The position numbers and the translations under genes were made by a program. The notes beneath the pieces are model-generated. The model had not been told where the DNA came from. It worked only from the letters and a program-made list of their open reading frames with translations, and did no database searches. From IMG/VR virus record IMGVR_UViG_3300032323_000817: 64,000 bases of DNA; one strand, 5' to 3'. Below are positions 17,021-25,500 of the stretch, piece after piece; positions within the stretch are counted from its first letter, which is position 1, and each line of letters begins with the position of its first letter. This DNA comes from an uncultured virus (IMG/VR IMGVR_UViG_3300032323_000817) (taxonomy: Duplodnaviria; Heunggongvirae; Uroviricota; Caudoviricetes).

Positions 17021-17458
17021 ATGAAAGATATTATTCTAAAATCGGGCACATACCTAAAGGAGACTAAGACGCAGAATACCAAAAACATTCCAGGACAATC
17101 TTTGGAAGATTTTGTTGTAAGCTTGTTGAAGAATCCTACATGTTGTGCAAAATATGTAACCCTAACTAAAGGAGCAGTTACTCAAACTGGAAGCATTACT
17201 AGTGCTGTTACTCTTAACCAGCCTGCTGGTGAGATTACAACTGTAAGTGCTACCATTGCTGGAACTGTAAACACCTTTACTCTTAACAACAGCTACATCA
17301 AAGCTGATTCTGTAATTCTTGCTACTGTAAATGATACTACTGGTGCTGGCTTAGTTGTCGTACAGGTAGATAACATTGCAGCAGGATCTTGCTCAATTTC
17401 TTTGGCAGGAGTTGTTTCAAACACTGGTACCGTAACTGTAGGTTTCGGAATCTTCTAA
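17021..17458 (+). CDS. Probable head-fibre/decoration protein
   Basis: N-terminal domain shared with 59652-60203; C-terminal beta-rich domain (VTQTGSITSAVTLNQPAGEITT). Confidence 0.55.
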   Translation: MKDIILKSGTYLKETKTQNTKNIPGQSLEDFVVSLLKNPTCCAKYVTLTKGAVTQTGSITSAVTLNQPAGEITTVSATIAGTVNTFTLNNSYIKADSVILATVNDTTGAGLVVVQVDNIAAGSCSISLAGVVSNTGTVTVGFGIF

Positions 17459-17471
17459 TTAACTTAATAAT

Positions 17472-17496
17472 AGGGGAGGTAACACTCCCCTTTTTT
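17472..17496 (+). terminator. Intrinsic terminator
   Basis: AGGGGAG-GTAACA-CTCCCCT-TTTTT. Confidence 0.8.
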
Positions 17497-17501
17497 AAAC
17501 T

Positions 17502-18008
17502 ATGAATGTACAACTAAACATCGAAGCACTAAAAGCAAAAGACTGCGCTTACTTATCTATCTTGGATACATCAGTGTACCCAGTAGCTCCTACAAGTGCA
17601 GAAATTAATATCAGTCTACCTGGATTTGATAATCCATATAACTTTGACTTCATACTAGGACAAACTAATATCTTCAGTTCTTATTCTTTTGGTTTGACAG
17701 TGGAGGAGACAGATAGCTTTACTCCGCTTCCTGATGGTGTGTACAAACTAGAATTTGCTCCCTGCCCTAACGTAGGGATCGCTACTAGGTACCATTTGCG
17801 TACCTGCAAGATTGATTGCCGTCTTGGAGTACAGTGGGCTAAATATGTAGACTGCTGTGATGACGAAAAGATGTTATACTATTTGGACAAAATTGAGTTT
17901 TTGTTAAAGGGAGCTGAGGCACATGCTGATCTTTGCAACCCTACAAAAGCTACAGAACTATATAAGAAAGCCGATGACCTACTCAGAAGAATTGAGCTTG
18001 ACTGTTAA
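17502..18008 (+). CDS. Structural protein (tail hub-like), Cys-rich
   Basis: Ig-like N-terminal part with LPDGVY, helical Cys-containing C-terminal part. Confidence 0.55.
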   Translation: MNVQLNIEALKAKDCAYLSILDTSVYPVAPTSAEINISLPGFDNPYNFDFILGQTNIFSSYSFGLTVEETDSFTPLPDGVYKLEFAPCPNVGIATRYHLRTCKIDCRLGVQWAKYVDCCDDEKMLYYLDKIEFLLKGAEAHADLCNPTKATELYKKADDLLRRIELDC

Positions 18009-18162
18009 GAAAAAGCTTGCTCATGCTGCCTCTAAGGAACTACAGCATATCCAGCACTTAACAAAACCCTATTATAAGAAGTCTAGAGCATTAGCACGCT
18101 TCCTTAAGTATGCTGATTGTTTAGACTGCGACACAAGTGCAAACCTAAAAATTAAATTGTAA
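17974..18162 (+). CDS. Small basic hypothetical protein
   Basis: Likely start ATG 17974 (MTYSEELS...) inside track ORF 17923-18162; contains CLDC. Confidence 0.5.
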   Translation: MTYSEELSLTVKKKLAHAASKELQHIQHLTKPYYKKSRALARFLKYADCLDCDTSANLKIKL

Positions 18163-18166
18163 AAAA

Positions 18167-18691
18167 ATGACTAAATGCTGCCCTACCAATAATTGTGTTG
18201 AGATCGTTCCTTCTGGGTGCGTGAAATACACTGGTACTCCTACTGTAGGAGGACTTATAGATTCTTTTGATTCTTGTGACCCTTACTTGAATGACTTGCT
18301 TAAGTTGTTGGATGATAAGGTAGTTAACTTGGATACTCGTGTAGGTTTAAATAAAACTGCATTTGATGCCGCTAATACTGCTTGTGGAATTACTCCTGTA
18401 ATCTCTACAACTGGTCTTACAATAAAAGATGATAAATACTACTCTGCTGAAGTTGTTCTTAAGTTGGTAGGTGTTATCTGTGAATTGCGTTCTCGCCTCA
18501 ACTACCTTACTACCGAAGATATTAACTCTAACTTAGGTAATCTTCATTGGGAAGACTTACCATTGAGTCCTTCTTTTAAAATCTGGTTGGCAGATCAGTG
18601 CTTAGGGGATGATCCATGTAGTACTAATTCTCCTACTACATTAGGCGGATTGTTGAGAGCTATCATTACTAAACTTTGTACTTGCTGCTAA
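18167..18691 (+). CDS. Cys-rich structural protein
   Basis: MTKCC...C..C.KYTG N-terminus and KLCTCC C-terminus; paralogous to the next gene. Confidence 0.65.
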   Translation: MTKCCPTNNCVEIVPSGCVKYTGTPTVGGLIDSFDSCDPYLNDLLKLLDDKVVNLDTRVGLNKTAFDAANTACGITPVISTTGLTIKDDKYYSAEVVLKLVGVICELRSRLNYLTTEDINSNLGNLHWEDLPLSPSFKIWLADQCLGDDPCSTNSPTTLGGLLRAIITKLCTCC

Positions 18692-18693
18692 TT

Positions 18694-20358
18694 ATGTCTA
18701 CTTGTCTTGATTGTCTCGGAAATACCTCTATTACCCCATGCGGTACTACAGGATGTTCATCTACCAACTATGGTAAATGTATTACTTACTCAGGAGCAGA
18801 TCTATTCTGTGCTACAGGAGCTGTTAAAAGCTTTAACGTAACTGGAGTAGCAGTAAGTCCTGCAGTATTGACTGAGTACACTGTATCTCCAACAGGAGGA
18901 GCAGGTAGTTCTTTGAGTGTTAAAGTAACTCGTACTCCAGGTTCTACTTCTTATACAGTGACTTTGGTTTCTGCAGGTTCAGGTTATGCGCTTAATGACG
19001 TAGTAACTGTAGCAGGAGCTAGCTTAGGTGGATCGACTCCAGCTAACAACTTAAGTCTTGTTATCACTGCATTGGTTCCTTTGATCTCTTCAGTGAATAC
19101 ACTTGATGAAGTTATTGCTAACATTAACGCTAGACTTTGTACTTTGACTTCTGTAGGACTAAACTACTCAGGATTTAACTATGCATGTCTTCGTGTAGGT
19201 GGTAATTTGGATAGCGTAGGAACTTCTATTACAACTGCTCAGCAGTTTGCAGAAAGTGCCTCAGCTGCTTTGTGTTCTTTGAATACTCGTACTCTTGCTT
19301 TAGAGACTCCTGCTTTCACTGCAGCTTGTGTTACTGGAATTACTTCTGGTACCTCTACTCTAAGTCAGATCTTGACTGCATACGGAACTAAACTTTGTAG
19401 TATCAACACTCAATTAGATTTGACAGGTGTTACTCCATTGTGCTTTACAACTGCTCCCTCTACAAGTGCTGACTTACAGACTTGGTTTGATTGGGTAGTA
19501 AGTAATGTTTGTTCTATCAAAACCACTACAGATGCAAACGTAACTGCAGTAACTACTAACGCTAACAACATTAAGACTTATATCTCAGGCGGTAGTGCAG
19601 TTCCTGCTTCTATTGATACATCTTGTATCTCTGGGGGCTCAAGTACAAGCACTTTGAGTGCAGCAGCTATCCTGTTTACTAGCCAAATCTGCGCTATTAA
19701 CTCAGCACTAGCTTCTGTACCTACAGCAAACTACTCTTTGACTTGGGCTACTAACTTTGGTTCTACTCCTTACTATGGTTATACTTTTAACTATACTAAC
19801 ACAAGTACTACTCTTCAGATCCAATTGGATCGTATTGTAGCTACTTTGGGTAGAATGAAAATGAAGTTGAATCCTGCGCATTTTACTGCTACTAGTGATT
19901 CAGACGGCCTTAACGTTTCTTTGGTTAGTGCAGGAGGTGGAGCTACACCAACATTTGTTAACCTTACAGCAGGAACTCTTACTAATGCTGTAGTAGTTTC
20001 TTCTGCTAGATTCCCTATCGGAAGTTTGCCTAAGCTTCAGAAGTATGGTAACATCGTTACTATTATTGGAAGTCTTGCTGTAAACGCTACAGGTTCATTT
20101 ACATGGATTCATGGACAATCTTTAACTATTGCAAACATTCCTGCAGGTTATCTTCCTTTCTATACTCAAGTATTTAATGTTCTAATTCTTAAGTATGCTA
20201 CTACTTCTGGTACTCCATCAACTGTTGTATACCAAGGTGTATGCTACTTGAATGGTACTGACCTTGTAGTAGAGTTGAATAACCCAGCAGCTTCATTGAC
20301 ATTATCTGGTACTGAATCCCTCGAAATCTTTGTTGGAGGAAATTCTTACGCAGTTTAA
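18694..20358 (+). CDS. Cys-repeat fibre/spike protein with C-terminal beta domain
   Basis: Likely start ATG 18694 (MSTCLDC); repeated Cys-helix modules; C-terminal 'QKYGNIVTIIG...IANIPAGYLP' receptor-binding-like head. Confidence 0.65.
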   Translation: MSTCLDCLGNTSITPCGTTGCSSTNYGKCITYSGADLFCATGAVKSFNVTGVAVSPAVLTEYTVSPTGGAGSSLSVKVTRTPGSTSYTVTLVSAGSGYALNDVVTVAGASLGGSTPANNLSLVITALVPLISSVNTLDEVIANINARLCTLTSVGLNYSGFNYACLRVGGNLDSVGTSITTAQQFAESASAALCSLNTRTLALETPAFTAACVTGITSGTSTLSQILTAYGTKLCSINTQLDLTGVTPLCFTTAPSTSADLQTWFDWVVSNVCSIKTTTDANVTAVTTNANNIKTYISGGSAVPASIDTSCISGGSSTSTLSAAAILFTSQICAINSALASVPTANYSLTWATNFGSTPYYGYTFNYTNTSTTLQIQLDRIVATLGRMKMKLNPAHFTATSDSDGLNVSLVSAGGGATPTFVNLTAGTLTNAVVVSSARFPIGSLPKLQKYGNIVTIIGSLAVNATGSFTWIHGQSLTIANIPAGYLPFYTQVFNVLILKYATTSGTPSTVVYQGVCYLNGTDLVVELNNPAASLTLSGTESLEIFVGGNSYAV

Positions 20359-20403
20359 TAAAAATCTTGGCAGGATTTTTTGGTTGGTTTTCCTGTCATC
20401 TTG

Positions 20404-20440
20404 CTAGTAGGAGCCTGCGAAAGTGGGCTCTTCTAGTTTT
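20404..20440 (+). terminator. Intrinsic terminator with GAAA tetraloop
   Basis: CTAG(T)AGGAGCCTGC-GAAA-GTGGGCTCTTCTAG-TTTT. Confidence 0.75.
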
Positions 20441-20450
20441 AAAATAAACT

Positions 20451-20482
20451 CTTGACTTAACTTTAAAATTAAATTATATTTG
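20451..20482 (+). promoter_or_regulatory. Promoter CTTGAC...TATATTTG for the tail operon
   Basis: TTG-N20-TATATTTG immediately after the terminator. Confidence 0.7.
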
Positions 20483-20518
20483 TAATGAACCTTAAATTAA
20501 CCCAAACTATATCCTGAG

Positions 20519-21160
20519 ATGTATACGAATTCAGAATTAATCGGTAGAGTTAAGAGTGCTAACAAGTTTGTTAGTGACGATGACTTAATAACTGATCGTT
20601 ATATTTATGGTTTATTAAAGACTAAAGCAGCTACATTACTGAGAAGAGAAATCAATCTCAGAAGATTGCTTACCTCTGATAATGTCTACCAATCCTACGA
20701 GTGTGTACACTTGATTGAAGCTAAGGGATCAGAGTGCGACTTAAATTGTCCTATACGTAGAACTAAGCATAAGTTGCCTAACATTGATGAAGGATTATAC
20801 TCCTACTTTATTCAGGGTGTATTCAACACTTCTAACTCAGAAGAATTGTTCCCTACAACTATTAGGGATTTTATTAATCATACTCGCTTAAGGTTTAAAA
20901 CCCCTAAGAAATACTACACCATTCGTAATGGTTATTTGTATGTTCTAGATCCCGATGTAGAATGTGTAAACATGTACGCTTACTTTACTGAGTCTATTGA
21001 AGACCTAGATGGTACAGAATGCATGAGTATGTATGATAAGCAATTTAAATTTCCAGGTTATCTAACAGATACATTGATTGAAATGTGTACTCAATCCTTG
21101 ATGAACTACCAAAGAATTCCTCAAGATCTAGAAGATAACAACAGAGATGAACCAAACTAA
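20519..21160 (+). CDS. Tail tubular/ring protein
   Basis: crAss-like ring pattern (ITDRYIY, KYYTIRNGYLYV, FKFPGYL, IPQD..DN). Confidence 0.7.
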   Translation: MYTNSELIGRVKSANKFVSDDDLITDRYIYGLLKTKAATLLRREINLRRLLTSDNVYQSYECVHLIEAKGSECDLNCPIRRTKHKLPNIDEGLYSYFIQGVFNTSNSEELFPTTIRDFINHTRLRFKTPKKYYTIRNGYLYVLDPDVECVNMYAYFTESIEDLDGTECMSMYDKQFKFPGYLTDTLIEMCTQSLMNYQRIPQDLEDNNRDEPN

Positions 21161-21162
21161 CT

Positions 21163-21654
21163 ATGTCGAAAGACTTTATAAAACCAAACAAACCAAGTAA
21201 AGTTAGACAGAAGGAAAGAGATACTACGTCAGATACGAATTATCTCTCTGCTAATGCCTACAATTTGTTCTTAAAAGAAACTAAACGTAAAGACATCACC
21301 TACAAAGAGTTTTGTAATATCCCCAAAAGGATACATCTAAAACTCATGGAGAGGTTGTTAAGGGGAAGATATGCTATTAGATTCCCTAACTTAGGTTCAA
21401 TTAAAATTGTAAAAACAGAAAATGCCCTTCCCAAAGGTAAACATACAATTATCAATTGGAAACTCTACAATGAGACTGGTGTCAAAGTGCCTTATAGAAA
21501 CACACATACCAATGGTGCCGTCTATAAATTTCACTTGTATCCATATTATAAGAGGGTAGTACAGTTTGGGTTCTATGACTTGAAAATGTCAAATAACCAC
21601 AAAGCTTCACTAGCCAAATCCATAAGAGAAAATAAAATAGACAGACAGTCTTAA
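21163..21654 (+). CDS. IHF-like protein of the crAss tail block
   Basis: IRFPNLGSIKI beta-arm, INWK and NTHTNG motifs; basic; lies between ring genes. Confidence 0.7.
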   Translation: MSKDFIKPNKPSKVRQKERDTTSDTNYLSANAYNLFLKETKRKDITYKEFCNIPKRIHLKLMERLLRGRYAIRFPNLGSIKIVKTENALPKGKHTIINWKLYNETGVKVPYRNTHTNGAVYKFHLYPYYKRVVQFGFYDLKMSNNHKASLAKSIRENKIDRQS

Positions 21655-21666
21655 ATACTAAAAAAA

Positions 21667-22503
21667 ATGAATTACGCTAATACTAACTTTATTTCATCTG
21701 AACCATTAATTGCTGAAGTAAAGCAGGAATTAAAATCATACTTTGAAGCAGGTGCAGTAAGTGAAGTAATGATTCCTACTTATGTAGACCAAGCACTTCG
21801 CAAGCTTAGAGTAATGGTTCTTAAACCTGAAGAGTTGGTGTTGTCGTTTCATGACTACAAATCAGAACTTCCTTGTGACTTTGCTTTGATGGATTATGCC
21901 ATCTACTATGACTCAGAGATCTTCTGGTCTCAAGGAGTTAACTCTGTAAGGGGTTCTTGGTATAAGTCTATCCAGTGTACAGAAGGTTGTACAGACTGTG
22001 GACTTAAAGAAGAAATGTACGAGACAGTATCTGTCTCTACTCCTGGCTTCAAGATTACGATGAAGCAACCTACTTGGATTAAGGTGTACTATGGATCTAA
22101 GGCACTATGTGTTGAGGATTGCCCTAATCTAAATACGTCCTCAAATGATGTTATTCAAATTCATCCAAATAAATCTGTTACGGCTACGTTTGAAACTGGT
22201 TGCATATACGTTAGATATTTCTCACGTCCAATGGACGATGATAACTTACCTATGGTGCCTGAAGTTCTTGAGGTTGAAGAGTATATTAAAGCTTATCTTA
22301 AGTTTAAATTTTTTGAACAACTCTGGCATTCTGTAGTAGACGAGAGTCAACGTCAGGTTGAAGCTAAGTTCCAGTACTATAGACAGGATCAATTTAATAA
22401 GTTACAAGCAGCAAACGGCTACCTGCTTACTTACACCAAACAACAAATGGCGGATAACGTAGCTAAGATGCGTAACCGTTTTATTAGATTCCACATCCAA
22501 TAA
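21667..22503 (+). CDS. Tail tubular/ring protein
   Basis: ELPCDF and IYVRYFSRPMDDDNLPMVPE motifs; directly upstream of the muzzle gene. Confidence 0.7.
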   Translation: MNYANTNFISSEPLIAEVKQELKSYFEAGAVSEVMIPTYVDQALRKLRVMVLKPEELVLSFHDYKSELPCDFALMDYAIYYDSEIFWSQGVNSVRGSWYKSIQCTEGCTDCGLKEEMYETVSVSTPGFKITMKQPTWIKVYYGSKALCVEDCPNLNTSSNDVIQIHPNKSVTATFETGCIYVRYFSRPMDDDNLPMVPEVLEVEEYIKAYLKFKFFEQLWHSVVDESQRQVEAKFQYYRQDQFNKLQAANGYLLTYTKQQMADNVAKMRNRFIRFHIQ

Positions 22504-22508
22504 TTTAA

Positions 22509-25500
22509 ATGGAGAACAAAATCAATCAGAACACTGCTGGGCTTAATTTAGACTCAGTTAACTACCAGATAAAGGAGAACATGATTACGTTTGCTTTAAA
22601 TGCAAACATTCAATCTCACGATGGTAACTCAACTACCTATACTAACGAGCCTTCTAATCAGATCTGTTATGATTTTAGTTCAACTTATCCTGGGTTTAAA
22701 ATACTTAATGTTTTAAGTATTACAGAACAGTCTAAGTTAGTTGTCTTCTTAGCCCACCCTGACGGCAGATCGCTTATTGGAGAGATTACTAATTTAAATA
22801 AAGACTGTACTACATTAACAGAAACAGAAACAGATTGTGGTTGTATCTCAGGAACAGTAGTAACTAACGTAGTAAATAGTGCAACAGGCTGCTGCACATT
22901 TACTCCATTGATTGTAGATAACTGCTGTGATTGCACAGATTGCTACAGATACTCTATTCAATCTATAAATAGTGGTGCTTACTCTGTGACTTATATTAAC
23001 TGTAGTGGACAAGAAGTAACAGAGACTTTTCCTTCAGGTATAGGAACATTTACCTCTAGAAGAAATAAGTTCATTCTTCCTTCAGGCGTTGAAATACTTG
23101 ACAGTACTTTAGTGTCTCAAGGAGAGTGTGTTCCTAAAAGTTCTAAGTGCTGTCTAAAATTGTCTACAGATTTTCCTGTGTACTCTGAGTACAGAATTGA
23201 TAACTGCGAGACAAAAGTTTACTTTATTGCAAGAAACATACAACCTCGTTATTTCTCATTAGAGGAACCATTAGGTCGTGATCAATGTGGAGATGCCCTT
23301 GACTGTCTTACAGACGCCTGTGAGCGCTTAAAACTATTCCCTGACTTCTGTCAAGCAGATATCTATCCTACAGCAATTGACTCAGGTGGAAGACTTAAGG
23401 GAGGTGTATACTCTTTCTCCATTGCTTATGCAGACGAGAACGGGAAAGAACTTACAGACTATGTTGACTTTAGTAATCCTATTCCAATCTTTGAAAGGGC
23501 TATTACTGAACAAACAGAATACGAAACATCTAAATCTATTAGAGTATCAATAGATCACAGTACTACAATCTTTGATTACTTTAATCTAGTAGTAGCTGAA
23601 AACATAAATGAAGTAACTACATACCAACTGGTAGGTACTTACAGAGTAAATCAGTCTACCTATAGAGACTCTTTAGTTTACACAGGAGACTACTCTTCTA
23701 CTTTCTCTTCTATTGTTCCTTTAATTCGTAGCCCTCATTACGAGACAGCAGGAATTATTGAGAAACAGAATGACATCTTGATGTTGGCTGATCTAGTAGA
23801 AACCCCTAAGTATAACTTTCAATTACTTGCTAATCAAATTAAACTTCGTTGGGAAACTGTTAAAATGCCAGTTGATAACAAGTTTGATTACTCTAATCCA
23901 GAAATCGCTTACTTCTTTAGAACTTATCAGAGGGATGAGGTTTATCCTTTTGGTATTAAGTTTAAACTAAAGAACGGTAAATACACAGATGTATTCCATA
24001 TTCCAGGTAGAGAGATATTTCCAAACTCAGATGAGAAGTCGCTTATCTACCATGACAGTAACCCAGATGCATTTGGTACAACAAATGACTGTATAGTTAC
24101 AGACAAGGAAGAGAAGTGGAAAGTTTATAGTACAGCTACAACAGGTCTTACTCCTCCTAACAATCCTCCTTCTTTGCAAGAAGCTCAATACTCTTGTAAG
24201 ATTACAGTAGAAGCTGCAGGAGAATTTGCTTATTGGGAATCAACTGAAACTTATCCTTGTTATGATGAAGTGTGGGGAACCTTAGCAGGTCAACCTATCC
24301 GTCACCATAAGTTTCCTGAAAACGCTAAGTCACATATCCACGCAGATGGAGATGATTTTATCTATCCTATTGGGGTACGTATCTGGAACGAAAGTCTGTT
24401 TGAAGGTATTCTTGATACAGCAACAGTTTACGATCCTTTAAATACTTACGGTAACAATCAGATCCCAGTTAAGGAATTGATCTGTGGATACGAGTTAGTA
24501 AGAGGTAATCGTGTAAATAATAAATCAGTAGTAGCTAAAGGACTTATCTATGATGTAGGATCTTTTAGAGATGTTAAATCAGGTAAAGAATTCTACTACC
24601 CTAACTATCCTTACAACTCTTTGGAGGATGATCCATACATTAAGTCTACTCCAGACTGGTATAACAAAGCTGACAGAGGTATAGATGACAATGATTATGG
24701 CATGGCTTTGCACCAAGGTTTCAATGTTATTGGTTCTCGCTACACATTCCACTCACCTGATACACACTTTCAGTATCCTAAGATTGGTACAGAACTTAAA
24801 TTAGAAACTGTAGAATACGGTAAAGTACAAGGTAAGTTTGTTCCTGTATTAGATCACCCTCAGTATAAGTTTTTAACTACCGCAGACTATGCTGTTAGTG
24901 CGGTGTTGGCAGATGCTTTATCTTTAGCTTTTGAGTCAGAGATAAAAGTAACAGTAGCTGATGGAGGAACAGTAACTAAGTGGAAGGCAGATGCACTTTC
25001 TATTCTTACAAATAATCAAGTTTTTGTAGACTTACTTGAGAAGTTAATTCCAAACACAAACTTTGCTTACCAATTTAACTCAGTAGGAGAATACAAAAGA
25101 TTCCTTCCTATTACAACTATAGGCAATAGAAGAAGATTCCTAGACATTGGACTCTATGCTAACGATAAGATCGTAGAGTTAAACGATGACAAACCTATTC
25201 ACAATAGACTTAGAGAAACTTCAGTTTATCTTAAGACTAATGGATCTTTCTCTACAGAGCATTCTAGTATTGTAGACAACACTCGTTACACAATAGGACA
25301 AAAGAATCTACAAGACAATCCAGAACAAATAGTAGAAACAGATACAAGAGCGTACTATGCTTCTATTAAGAGAAACTTCCCTAATCAGTATGGACAAATT
25401 GAAAACATCACTTATGTTTCTACTGGGTACTACTCTTCTGTTTATGTAGACATTACTAATACTGCAAAGATTAAGCGTAGATATTATCCTGCATTTGGAG

